Both the position numbers and the translations under genes were made by a program. DNA of 64,000 bases from Candidatus Latescibacterota bacterium (GTDB taxonomy: Bacteria; Latescibacterota; UBA2968): positions 7,136,001 to 7,200,000 of the forward strand of contig OZ240241.1 in NCBI GenBank assembly GCA_965198115.1. Reading direction: 5' to 3'. The first letter of the stretch is position 1, and the number at the start of each line of letters is the position of its first letter. This document shows, piece after piece, positions 9,147 through 19,068 of this stretch. Under the pieces are notes generated by a model. The model searched no databases, was not told where the DNA came from, and worked only from the letters and a program-made list of their open reading frames with translations.

Positions 9147-9410
9147 ATGAAAACTGTCAATGCTTTGGAGCTTCGCCAATCCCTCGGCAAGGTGCTTGAT
9201 CAGCTTGAGCGCGACGGAGCCCCCATTGTTGTGTGCCGTCGCCGGACTCCAGCCGCCGCTCTGGTGAGTCTCAAGGACTACCGAGAACGGTTTGTCGACC
9301 AAGAAGCCGACGAACGTCGGCGCGCCGTGGTCGCCAGGCTCAAGCAGCTCCAGTTCGAGCCCCCCCCCAGCGGCACCACCCTCGACATACTACGCGACTT
9401 GCGGTCGTGA
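9147..9410 (+). CDS. Phd/YefM-family antitoxin
   Basis: MKTVNALELRQSLGKVLDQLE..PIVVCRRRTPAAALVS matches the Phd N-terminal fold; GTGA overlap with the PIN gene. Confidence 0.88.
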   Translation: MKTVNALELRQSLGKVLDQLERDGAPIVVCRRRTPAAALVSLKDYRERFVDQEADERRRAVVARLKQLQFEPPPSGTTLDILRDLRS

Positions 9411-9817
9411 TCGTTCTCGATGCCTCGGTCGCGATCAAGTGGTTCGTGAGGGATGAACCGCTGACCGCCGAAGCCGGGCAGGTGCTCGACGCGATCGAAC
9501 TCGATCCGTCACCGTATTCGGTTCCAGACTTCTTCATGAATGAATTGCTCGCCGTGCTGTGCCGCCTTCCCGCCAGCCGGCCGGCACAAGTACAGGAAGC
9601 CTTGGCTCTCGTCGAGGCGCTAGGGATCACACGAGTTGGCAATGGACACGAGTTGCTGGCGCTCGCCGCTGACTTCGCCAGCCGGTGGAAGATCTCGGGC
9701 TACGACGCGGTGTACGTGGCGTTAGCCGCGCTGTCGGATGGCGTCTGGCTCACGGCCGATGCCCGGGCCGCCCGCCGCGTCGGCCGTGAGCATCTGGTGC
9801 GCGTGCTCGGATCATAG
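9407..9817 (+). CDS. vapC: VapC-family PIN-domain toxin
   Basis: GTG start at 9407; IVLDASVAIKWF, NEL, YDAVYVALA, LTAD PIN acidic motifs. Confidence 0.9.
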   Translation: MIVLDASVAIKWFVRDEPLTAEAGQVLDAIELDPSPYSVPDFFMNELLAVLCRLPASRPAQVQEALALVEALGITRVGNGHELLALAADFASRWKISGYDAVYVALAALSDGVWLTADARAARRVGREHLVRVLGS

Positions 9818-10309
9818 CCTCACATCAAAGCTGATTCGGCGGCGGCTCGATGGAGTGGACCACGGCAGCGGTTGGGTCGAGTTCGACGGGCAGGCTCACG
9901 GAAAAATGATGGCTCGGGTGAGAACGCTGGCTGTGTACCGCAACCGCCTGATCGGGCTGCTGCTTTCGAAATTGCGAGAGCGCTGGGGCGGTTAGGACTC
10001 CCACCTGAGCAGTCGATCGACGCTGTCTGCGGTGACGGTCGCGCCGCCGCCGAGGAAAACCTCGGGGATCCCGGCACCGAAGTAGCGGACGTTATCCGGC
10101 CTGAAGAGTTCGCGGGCGGCCAGGACGACCTCAGGCAAGCTGCTCATGATTTGGAAATCTTCGGGATAGAGCCATCGACTCTCGTAACCATCTCGCTTGT
10201 CCACTACGCTGCCACGATCTCAGCGGCAAGGGAGTTGAACGTGTGCACGACGAATAGCCGAGCCGTCGCAGGCAACAGTAGTCAATACATCACTATGAGA
10301 TAGGTCAGC

Positions 10310-10577
10310 ATGAAAACCGATCAACATGTCTTATCGCGGCCACCGTTGCCGTCGCGCTTACGGTTCCGGTGCATGCGCAAGTCGATTGCGCGGACTGGAA
10401 TACCAGAACCTTTTTCGACGCTGCAAGAGGGTCTGACGTGACTCGTTGTTTGCAGGCGGGCGCGGACCCGAACGCGCGACCCGAAAACGGCAACACCCCG
10501 CTGCATATGGCGACGTTCGGGGATAGCCGAAATTGTGACGGCACTGCTGGATGCGGGAGTGGACCCGATGACGCGGA
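10310..10577 (+). pseudogene. Secreted ankyrin-repeat protein fragment
   Basis: DCADWNTRTFF..DVTRCLQAGADPNARPENGNTPLHMA, then a frameshift to ALLDAGVDP; fused directly to the HsdR fragment. Confidence 0.7.
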
Positions 10578-11070
10578 ATGTTGGCCAAGCGCGACCCGGC
10601 CGATGCGCGACCCGAAGAGGAGTTGGATCATGCCGTCCGCCAGATCGTCTCCCGCGCGGTAGCCTCCGAAGACGTGATCGACATCTTCGCCGCCGCCGGC
10701 TTGGAGAAGCCCGATCTCTCGATCCTGTCCGAGGAGTTCCTTGCCGAGGTGCGGGGTATGCCGCAACGCAACCTGGCCGTCGAGCTGTTGCAAAAGCTCT
10801 TGAAAGGCGAGCTTGCCACCCGCCGCAAGAAAAACGTGGTGCAGGCGCGATCGTTCGCCCAGATGCTGGAGCAGACCCTCCGCCGCTATCAGAACCGCGC
10901 CGTCGAGGAGGTGATCGAGGAACTGATCCAGCTCGCCCGGGAATTGCGGGAGGCGAACGCCCGCGGCGAAAAGCTCAGACTAACGGAGGACGAGCTGGCC
11001 TTCTACGACGCGCTGGAGACCAATGACAGCGCCGTCCAGGTGCTGGGCGACGAAACTCTTCGAGAGAATA
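10578..11070 (+). pseudogene. hsdR: Type I restriction subunit R C-terminal (DUF3387) fragment
   Basis: [68 protein letters not shown]; nuclease and helicase domains absent. Confidence 0.85.
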
Positions 11071-11113
11071 TCAGTGAAGTAAGCAAATGGAACTCGCCAA
11101 GATTGCAGCGTGA

Positions 11114-11350
11114 ATGCGGAGAACGTATATGGACTCGATGACCGGGGAGGATCGAGAATCGTGGAGGAAGATCATGGTGGTAGTAGATTGCATAGATGAC
11201 CCTGCACCGTGTCCCAAGTGCGAGAAAAAAGCAATCAAGCAAACCTACCCGGTGCGACCAAGGCCCACCGCACCCGAGAACGGCGAAGACGTGTCTGATG
11301 CTTTAGGCCAAGTGTTCTGTGAAAGCTGTAACCAAACGTATAGCCCGTAG
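11114..11350 (+). CDS. Small zinc-ribbon protein
   Basis: CPKC ... CESC in a 78-aa ORF, followed by a hairpin and T-tract. Confidence 0.4.
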   Translation: MRRTYMDSMTGEDRESWRKIMVVVDCIDDPAPCPKCEKKAIKQTYPVRPRPTAPENGEDVSDALGQVFCESCNQTYSP

Positions 11351-11364
11351 GCGGACGATCGCAG

Positions 11365-11407
11365 AAAACCCGACTTCAAGTCGGATCAAAAAAGATCGGG
11401 CTTTTTA
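11365..11407 (+). terminator. Probable intrinsic terminator
   Basis: AAAACCCGA...TCGGGCTTTTT, with an alternative CCGAC/GTCGG stem. Confidence 0.45.
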
Positions 11408-11615
11408 GATCGAGTTTCTCTATGCGAAGGAAGCAAAAGTTATTCGGAAGGCTTCAAAGAAGCGCTCCAGGCCAGATTGGTCACTGCATTCTGGGAGGTC
11501 AAATGGTCAGCCGAAGTTGGCTAGCGGTCCCCTCGATTGGTTTCACTGTTGCCGAAGGACTTCAAGCCCACCTCAACTCCCAGCTTCGTACGCAAGACAA
11601 AGCTCGGACACAACC

Positions 11616-14600
11616 GTGACGTACCTACACGCAATCCAGCGTCGTTACTATTGCGAAGACCTCGTACGCCTCCGTCGCGCCGACGACCGTCGGCGTCATG
11701 CCGCGTCTCAGCGTCGGGGTCGCATTGACCCGAACCCGCACCAGATCGATGCGGTGATGTTTGCGTTGCGCCGGATCCCCGAGGGTGGGTGCATCCTTGC
11801 CGACGAGGTCGGCCTCGGCAAGACTATCGAAGCCGGCTTGGTTATCGCGCAGCTTCTGGCCGAAGGTGCGATCCGCGTCCTGATCATCGTACCGCGCCCC
11901 CTACTGGGTCAATGGCAGAGCGAGCTTTACACCCTCTTTGGCATTGAGGCAATCGAGGCTGATACGGCCCCCAATGTGGAAGGTGCAGGCGTGTTCATTG
12001 CCGGCCGCGAGTATGCGGGCGGTAACCGAGGTTTCGCGCACCTAAGCACTACGCCTCCGTTCGATCTTTGCCTTATTGACGAAGCGCACGAGGTATTCGC
12101 CGGCATCTACAGGCGTTTCGACCGCTACGGGGCATACGAAGAGGATAGCCGTCACGCGAACACGGCCCATCGTGTAAGAAAAGTGATCGGAGCCTCGCCG
12201 GTCCTACTGCTGACTGCGACGCCAATACAGAACTCGTTAGCGGAGCTATGGGGGTTGGTGCAATACGTCGATCCGACCGGCACGCTACTGGGTTCAAGAT
12301 CGACATTCGAAGAACTTTTTTGCGAGGATAGCAATGGACGCAGTGTCGTCAGTGAGCAAGCAGTTGAGCTGCGTCGCCGATTGTCTAGCGTAGTGCAAAG
12401 GACGCTACGACGACAGGCACAGGAGTTCCTTGATAGGCCGTTCGTCGGCCGCCGTGCCCAGCTTTTCGAATACGGAATGAGTCCTGAAGAGCGTGCCCTC
12501 TATGATGACGTGACGGACTACCTTTTACGGCCTCAGCTGTGTGCGTTTCGGGGTCGGTCACGTCAGCTCTTGCTGCTGGGGTTCCATCGCCGCATGGCCT
12601 CATCTACGGCGGCACTTGCGCAGAGCCTTGAGCGTATTGCCGTACGGCTACGCCGAATGTTGCAGGGAGAATCTGAGACTGTCGCCAACGAGGAGGGCGA
12701 GGCGTTTCTGAGAGATCTCGAAGAAGAAGGAACACCCGAACAAACTGGAGATGCCCAGGCCGAATGGGTCGAGGTTCCGGGCGACGGATCCCCGCCGGAT
12801 CCAGGCGCCATACAGGCGGAGATCGACCTTGTGGAGACGTTCGTGCGCCGTGCGCGGTCCCTTCCCCACGATAGCAAGGCTGAAAGCCTAATTAGGGCCG
12901 TGCGCCTAGTTACCTCCCGTGATGAGGATCGACAAAAAGTCGTCATCTTCACGGAGTCACTCACAACACAAGATTACCTACGCAAACTGCTGGTCGAACA
13001 GGCCCGACTGCAAGACGAGGACATTACCCTTTTCCGCGGCACCAACGAATCACCCCGTGACATGCAAGCACTCTCCCAGTGGCGTGATGAGGTCGAGCGG
13101 GAGATTGCGCCTCATATGCGCCCCAGCTCTGACATCGCTGTCAGACTCGCCCTGGTCCACGAATTCCGTACTCGCACGAAAGTGATGATCTCTTCCGAAG
13201 CCGGCGCTAAGGGACTGAACCTACAATTCTGTGACACCCTGATTAATTACGATCTGCCCTGGAATCCACAGCGAATCGAGCAACGGATTGGACGTTGCCA
13301 CCGATATGGTCAGAGGCGAGATGTTACAGTTATCAACTTCCTCGCAAAAGACAATGAAGCGCAGCGTCTCACATTCGAAATCCTCAGCACCAAGCTCGAT
13401 CTGTTCGGGCAGGTGCTTGACAGCTCAGACGTAGTACTGCAAACGCCCCGCTCGGACTCTTCGGCGAGCTTGGCTTCGGCCCTTGGTCCCAACTTCGAAT
13501 CCGAACTTCGTCGGATTTGGGACCGAGCTCGTTCAGTGCAGGAGGTGGAAGAGGAGCTTCGGCAGCTACGCGACACAATGGAAGACCGCCGAATGGAGCT
13601 TGAACGGGTTCGCGAGCGGACCAATGGGCTGATCGAAACCGGTTTCGACGACTCCGTCAAAGACGTGTTCCGGAATATCCAATCCGAACTCCCGTCAACG
13701 CTTGCCGAACTTGACGGAGATCTCGAACGTGTTTTGACCGGGTATCTCGATGCGGTTGGCGTGTCCTGGGGGGTTGCGGACCGAGACGGGAAACGCATTG
13801 TCCACGTTGGTGCGTCGGCTCAATTTCCGGGTATGATGGCGGACGGCGGGTCGGTCACCCTCGGGCCAGCCCACGACCTAACTGACAATGAGTCGCTCCA
13901 CCCCTCGCACCCATTGATCGAAGCATCCGTGGCAGAAGCACGCGAAACGGGCGCAGGCACGTTCCACGTTCGGTTCCTGCTCAGCAACGATGCACCAGAG
14001 GCCCTGCGCAACCGCCGGGGAGACCGGGGACGGCTCGCATTGACTAAGGTGATGAGCCGTGGTTTCGAGCGGGAGGACCGGCTGATTGTAACGGTTATTT
14101 TCGAAAATGAGGAAGTGCTGCGTCCAGCAGAAGCGGCAGCCGAGTTACTAAAGCAGAGGTGCGAAGACGTCGACGAAATGACTCCGCCAGTAACTATCAG
14201 TCCGATCCACCTGGACGAGGTGGTGGACGAGGAGGTCTTTATAGATCAGTCAGCTGCTGGCGATGCTGAGCAGGAGACCTTCTGCAGAGCAATAGATCAG
14301 CTCGACCAGTACGTCGCCGACAGGGTTTTGGTTCTCAAACGAACACGCGAGAAACATCGCCGACGGTTAGTCGAGGCCGAACAACGCCGAGACGGAGCGC
14401 TTGGCCCGGATCGACGTGAGCGAGAGCAGATGCAAGTCAACTCAATTGAGCGTGTCCTGGATGATCTTGACTTACAAATAGACGCTTTGGAGTCACACCA
14501 GGACGTCGATTACGAGCGCTGGAAAGCTCACACTCTTGCTCGGAGATATACGCCTACACAGATTGAGCGTCTGTTACAGGCGGAGTTTTGCATTGAGTGA
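11616..14600 (+). CDS. SNF2/RapA-family SF2 helicase (DrmD-like / RM-associated clade)
   Basis: IDPNPHQIDA, LADEVGLGKTIEAG, IDEAH, LTATPIQN, SSEAGAKGLNLQ, NYDLPWNP.RIEQRIGRCHRYGQ; long C-terminal coiled-coil region. Probable start GTG 11616 (ORF open from 11517). Confidence 0.9.
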   Translation: MTYLHAIQRRYYCEDLVRLRRADDRRRHAASQRRGRIDPNPHQIDAVMFALRRIPEGGCILADEVGLGKTIEAGLVIAQLLAEGAIRVLIIVPRPLLGQWQSELYTLFGIEAIEADTAPNVEGAGVFIAGREYAGGNRGFAHLSTTPPFDLCLIDEAHEVFAGIYRRFDRYGAYEEDSRHANTAHRVRKVIGASPVLLLTATPIQNSLAELWGLVQYVDPTGTLLGSRSTFEELFCEDSNGRSVVSEQAVELRRRLSSVVQRTLRRQAQEFLDRPFVGRRAQLFEYGMSPEERALYDDVTDYLLRPQLCAFRGRSRQLLLLGFHRRMASSTAALAQSLERIAVRLRRMLQGESETVANEEGEAFLRDLEEEGTPEQTGDAQAEWVEVPGDGSPPDPGAIQAEIDLVETFVRRARSLPHDSKAESLIRAVRLVTSRDEDRQKVVIFTESLTTQDYLRKLLVEQARLQDEDITLFRGTNESPRDMQALSQWRDEVEREIAPHMRPSSDIAVRLALVHEFRTRTKVMISSEAGAKGLNLQFCDTLINYDLPWNPQRIEQRIGRCHRYGQRRDVTVINFLAKDNEAQRLTFEILSTKLDLFGQVLDSSDVVLQTPRSDSSASLASALGPNFESELRRIWDRARSVQEVEEELRQLRDTMEDRRMELERVRERTNGLIETGFDDSVKDVFRNIQSELPSTLAELDGDLERVLTGYLDAVGVSWGVADRDGKRIVHVGASAQFPGMMADGGSVTLGPAHDLTDNESLHPSHPLIEASVAEARETGAGTFHVRFLLSNDAPEALRNRRGDRGRLALTKVMSRGFEREDRLIVTVIFENEEVLRPAEAAAELLKQRCEDVDEMTPPVTISPIHLDEVVDEEVFIDQSAAGDAEQETFCRAIDQLDQYVADRVLVLKRTREKHRRRLVEAEQRRDGALGPDRREREQMQVNSIERVLDDLDLQIDALESHQDVDYERWKAHTLARRYTPTQIERLLQAEFCIE

Positions 14601-14646
14601 CTGTTCAGACCAAGAGCAGCTGGACCGACAACTACAGGACAGCGAA

Positions 14647-15780
14647 ATGGCATTGACAGTTCTACACACTGCGGACTGGCATCTCGGGCGACGCTTCCCG
14701 TCGTTTCGGCCGGAACAAGAATTGCGTCTTACGCGGGCACGGCTAGAAGTTGTTGGACGCATCCTCGATCTCGCGCACAGCCGTAACGTCGATGCAGTTT
14801 TGGCTGCAGGAGACCTGTTCGATGAATCCTCACCACCCAAAGAATGGTGGGGCGGTCTCTTGAAGGAATTCCAGCGACGCGACTGGGCTCGCCCGGTAGT
14901 ACTACTCCCCGGTAACCACGACCCCCTGATGGCGCGCTCTGTTTACCACCCAGACCACCCATTCCGTGCTGGGCTGCCAGAATACGTTCACGTCGTTGAC
15001 GAAGAAGGCTTTACACTCGAGCTCGATGATCGTGCAGTCGTCATCGCGAACCCTTGCCGATCACACGCCGGACAAACCGACATTGCATCATCCCTGCCAG
15101 ACCGCGAACCCAACGAGAGCCGTTTCAGAATCGGACTTGTCCATGGACAGACCTTCGACATCGAGGGCTATCAAACCAACTTTCCCATCGCTAGCGGTAT
15201 CGCCGCAGAGCGAGGTCTCGATTACCTCGCAATCGGTGACACGCATGCCTTTCGGGATGTTGAGCCAGAGGCTACTGCCCCTACGATCTATCCTGGTGCG
15301 CCTGAGGCAACAAATTTCGGAGAGAACGAAACTGGCTCCGTGGCAATCGTATTCTTCCCGCTTGATCGGGCGCGGAGACCGATAGTTCGGCGGGAGCAAG
15401 TCGGAACTTGGGAATGGCGAGAAGTAATCTGCAGATCGATGTCGGATCTTCGTTCGCTCGCTGGGGCTAGCGACCTACGCAAGACAGTACTTCGACTTAA
15501 GCTCGAAATGGTGGTTCCGATGGAAGAATACGACGAGGCGGAACGCATCTTGATCGAGCTCCGCGGTTCCCTCGCTGCTAATCCACGGGTAGGGGTCCTG
15601 TCCGAGGATCGCAACGGGTTACATCTCGCCACGGACACGCCCATCGAGTTCGGTAAAGAGCTGCCAGCGGTACTTCAATCGACGATCTCGCGTCTGCAGG
15701 ATAGAAGCGAATCTAATCCTAAGGTAGCTGAACGAGCTCTGCATCATCTGTACCGCCTAGTCAAGGAAGCAGCGAGTTAA
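14647..15780 (+). CDS. Mre11/SbcD(YhaO)-like metallophosphoesterase nuclease
   Basis: All five motifs present: TADWHLG, AGDLFD, PGNHD, VHG, GDTH; YPGAPE. Stop overlaps the next start (TAATG). Confidence 0.92.
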   Translation: MALTVLHTADWHLGRRFPSFRPEQELRLTRARLEVVGRILDLAHSRNVDAVLAAGDLFDESSPPKEWWGGLLKEFQRRDWARPVVLLPGNHDPLMARSVYHPDHPFRAGLPEYVHVVDEEGFTLELDDRAVVIANPCRSHAGQTDIASSLPDREPNESRFRIGLVHGQTFDIEGYQTNFPIASGIAAERGLDYLAIGDTHAFRDVEPEATAPTIYPGAPEATNFGENETGSVAIVFFPLDRARRPIVRREQVGTWEWREVICRSMSDLRSLAGASDLRKTVLRLKLEMVVPMEEYDEAERILIELRGSLAANPRVGVLSEDRNGLHLATDTPIEFGKELPAVLQSTISRLQDRSESNPKVAERALHHLYRLVKEAAS

Positions 15781-18700
15781 TGGCAATGTGGATCCAGAAA
15801 ATCGAAGTCACTGATCTTGCTGGTATAGCCAGCGCGAGCATCGACCTCGGGCCGGGCTTGAACATCCTCCACGGGCCAAACGAGATCGGTAAGTCGAACA
15901 TCGTGAAGGCGGTGCGTGCCTCACTGCTTCTGCCAGCGGGTTCAGTCGCAGCTGAATCGCTCCTCGATTGGAACACTGATGCGACGCCAAAGGTGTCTCT
16001 AACCTTTGAACAGGAGCCTCAACGCATTTGGCGCGTCCGGAAGAGCTATGGCAGCGGCCGCGATGCCTGGAGTTACCTCGAATTTTCCCGAGACGGACAC
16101 GACTTCACACAGGACAAAAGGGGCCGGGAGGTCGACGGTGCCCTTCAGGAAATTCTTAGGTGGGGAGTAGAGACACCTGGGGGTCGGGGTCGACGCAGAC
16201 GAGGTCTTCCAGAATCGTTCATAACCAAAGTCTTGATAGCCGATCAGAGCGACGTGGTAGCCATACTTAAGAAGAGCCTATCAGACGACGATGACGAATC
16301 AGGTCGACAGCGACTGACTGAGGCATTGCAGGCGATGGCCGAGGATCCGTTATTCAAGAGAATCATGTCGTCGGCTCAAGAGAAGGTAGACGAGGCGTTT
16401 ACCGGCACAGGTCGCCACAGATCTGGACGCGGGTCTCCTTGGGTCCGCGTACGAGACAAGCTTCAGGCCGCCCAACGACGAGAATCGGAGTTGAGGAGTC
16501 AACTTGAGGAAAGCGAAGGAACGCGACAGCGGGTCGATGAGCTACACCAGGAGCGGCTAACGGCACAAGCGCAAGAAGATAAGTGCAAGCAGGAACTGGA
16601 AGTCGCCGTCCGAGACATCGAGCGCAAGCGTGACCGCGAAGCCGCTATCGATGCACTCTCGGATGCCGAGAAGGAAATGGCTCGTATAGAGTCAGCTATG
16701 GGGGAATGCGAAACCAATGCGGCGGCCGTCGAGACAGCCCGTACCGAATTTACAGAAGCAGTGGAAGAGAGAGCTGAATCAGAGGGTGAGTTGTCCCAGT
16801 TGAAATCGAGCGTGGAAGAGGAGCGGATGCGAGTCTCTGAAATCGAGAGCGACGAGGCAGAGCAAAAGCGACGAATACGCGAGCAGGACGCACAGAACTC
16901 GCTCTTGCGGCTGGATGCAGAACATCAAGAATGTGAGAAGGCACGTCTTCAGGCAGAACGCGTCAAGGAATTAGCTGAGACGGCCGCCGTGCTAAGGGAG
17001 GAGATCGAATCGGAGGAAAAGATATCGGAGGAGACGAAGAAGCTGATCGAACAGACACAAGGCGTCCTCGATGCGGACAAGAAGGAGCTACAAGAATTCG
17101 ATCTGCAGCTAAGGTTCTGCAGATGGTCGGTCTCTGGTAAAAGGGTCGGATCCCTCAGAGGTCAATTCGAAGAATCGGCTGATAGCCACAAACGAGCTGA
17201 CGAGTTCTTGGCGAAAGCAGAGCGGAACCGAGACCAGGCTGACGCTGTGAGTACACCTGATGAGGACGATGTTGCAAAGCTGCGCAACATCGAGGCTGAT
17301 CTACGGGTGGCACAAGAAAGGTTGGCTGTCGGCCTCCTTGTATCGATGACACCTGAGAAGGATCTCCAAGTAAGCATAGAGATCGACGGTGAGTCTGTCG
17401 ACCATCGTCTAGTTGCAAGTGATACAACCGAGTTTGAGGCCGCCCGAGAGCTGCGCGTTGACATACCAGGATTCGGCGAGCTTCGTGTAATGGGGGGTAA
17501 CAAGGCCCTGGCTCGGGAAGTGCAGGAGGCGGAGGATCGGTGGGAGAAGGCCTGGGAGCCTATCATTGTGTCCACGGGTTGCCGAACGATCCCCGATCTC
17601 GAGATGCTCTTGCAGAGATGCAGAGAGCAGCTCTCAGAGGCGCAGGCTTTTGAACAGGAAGCCGCAATGTTGCAGGTCAAAGCAGGAAGCGTGGACGATC
17701 TCGAGCGCCAGGTTACCCTTGCCGAGGAGGAGGAGGCTCGGGCCAAAGATGATCTTGCCGTCGGGATTAAGGAATCGATCATCGATGGGCGTAGCCATCT
17801 GACTGCGGACGAGTACGTGGATAGCCTCAGGGAGAATCCCCCAGACATACGAAACGTTGAGGAAGCGATTGAAACTGTCGAGTCAAAGGTGAGCGAGCAG
17901 GAGCTGCTGTGCCATAAACTCGATTCAGGAATGTCTGGAAAGCGCGCCCGGCTTGAAGCTCAGCGTGAAGAACTCAACGAGAGAGAGAAGGAACTCGACC
18001 GTGAGAAGGGCAAGTTGAGTGGCGAGTGGCAGACCATACTGAGGTCATCCACCGAGGATCTTGAAAGAATCCAGAGAGACCGCATTAAAATCGACGATGA
18101 CCTCAAAGCAATCAACAAGGAAGCTGCCACTGATGTCGAGGAGGCACGTTCGTCGCTAGCAGCAGCTAAAGAGGAAATGACGAAAGCGGAGAAGGCCCTA
18201 TCGGAGGCCAATGAGGAGATCGACCGATGCCGAAGTGAACTTGCGCGACTCGAGGGCGAACTCACCATCCAGCGCAAGGCAGTCGAAACCGAAGATCACG
18301 AAGGTGCGAAGTCCCTTACCGACGAATGTGCGGCTCGCCTGGATTCCCTTCCGGAACCAGAAAACGAAGAGGTCGATGACGCCCTCCGGGTTAAGATGGA
18401 GGAGACCGCCGCACGAGCGTCGCGAAAGACCCAGGAACTCGAGAACGAACTCCGGCGTGTTGAGGGAGCTCTCGAACAGATCGGTGGAAGCTACATTGAG
18501 GAACAGGTGAATCAATCGCAAGAGGCGATCGAGGCCGTAAGACAGCAAGAGCTTGACCTCGAACTCGAATTCGGTGCTTGGCAACTATTGCGGGAGACAT
18601 TGGCTGAGGCCGAGCAGCAGGATTCGGTGCATTTGGGCAACGCTCTCGTTGAACCAGTCAGCGCACGAATGAGCACGCTGACTGGCGGGCGTTACGGGGA

Positions 18701-19034
18701 CATTGCGATCGGACCTCAGATGGACGCAACTGGCATCCACCTCGCAGGAAGCGAGCGTCAATTCGATAGCCTATCAGTCGGGACGCAAGAACAGGTCGCG
18801 CTTATGCTTCGGCTCTCAATTGCCGAAGCACTTGGAACCTTCCTAATCCTCGACGACCAGGCCACCCAGTCCGATCCTCAGCGGATGGAATGGATCCGGG
18901 ATGTGCTCGAGAGAGCTGCAGAAGAGATTCAGGTGGTGGTCATGACGTGTCATCAGGAAGATTATGTGGGTGAAGGACTACCTGTAGACTCACACGTTGT
19001 GGACCTGGCTGACTGTGTGGAGCGGACACCGTAG
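15780..19034 (+). CDS. Rad50/SbcC(YhaN)-like ABC ATPase with long coiled coil
   Basis: Walker A GPNEIGKS, signature LSVGTQEQ, Walker B/D-loop LILDDQATQSD, H-loop TCH; long coiled coils; no CxxC hook. Confidence 0.9.
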   Translation: MAMWIQKIEVTDLAGIASASIDLGPGLNILHGPNEIGKSNIVKAVRASLLLPAGSVAAESLLDWNTDATPKVSLTFEQEPQRIWRVRKSYGSGRDAWSYLEFSRDGHDFTQDKRGREVDGALQEILRWGVETPGGRGRRRRGLPESFITKVLIADQSDVVAILKKSLSDDDDESGRQRLTEALQAMAEDPLFKRIMSSAQEKVDEAFTGTGRHRSGRGSPWVRVRDKLQAAQRRESELRSQLEESEGTRQRVDELHQERLTAQAQEDKCKQELEVAVRDIERKRDREAAIDALSDAEKEMARIESAMGECETNAAAVETARTEFTEAVEERAESEGELSQLKSSVEEERMRVSEIESDEAEQKRRIREQDAQNSLLRLDAEHQECEKARLQAERVKELAETAAVLREEIESEEKISEETKKLIEQTQGVLDADKKELQEFDLQLRFCRWSVSGKRVGSLRGQFEESADSHKRADEFLAKAERNRDQADAVSTPDEDDVAKLRNIEADLRVAQERLAVGLLVSMTPEKDLQVSIEIDGESVDHRLVASDTTEFEAARELRVDIPGFGELRVMGGNKALAREVQEAEDRWEKAWEPIIVSTGCRTIPDLEMLLQRCREQLSEAQAFEQEAAMLQVKAGSVDDLERQVTLAEEEEARAKDDLAVGIKESIIDGRSHLTADEYVDSLRENPPDIRNVEEAIETVESKVSEQELLCHKLDSGMSGKRARLEAQREELNEREKELDREKGKLSGEWQTILRSSTEDLERIQRDRIKIDDDLKAINKEAATDVEEARSSLAAAKEEMTKAEKALSEANEEIDRCRSELARLEGELTIQRKAVETEDHEGAKSLTDECAARLDSLPEPENEEVDDALRVKMEETAARASRKTQELENELRRVEGALEQIGGSYIEEQVNQSQEAIEAVRQQELDLELEFGAWQLLRETLAEAEQQDSVHLGNALVEPVSARMSTLTGGRYGDIAIGPQMDATGIHLAGSERQFDSLSVGTQEQVALMLRLSIAEALGTFLILDDQATQSDPQRMEWIRDVLERAAEEIQVVVMTCHQEDYVGEGLPVDSHVVDLADCVERTP

Positions 19035-19068
19035 TGCAGAACGGTAGGCCCTGCCATAACTACCCCGT

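Noticed and set aside
11616-19034. Assignment to DISARM, Lamassu or Wadjet
   Set aside because: No methylase, DrmA/B/C, LmuA/LmuC or JetA/B/D equivalents are present.
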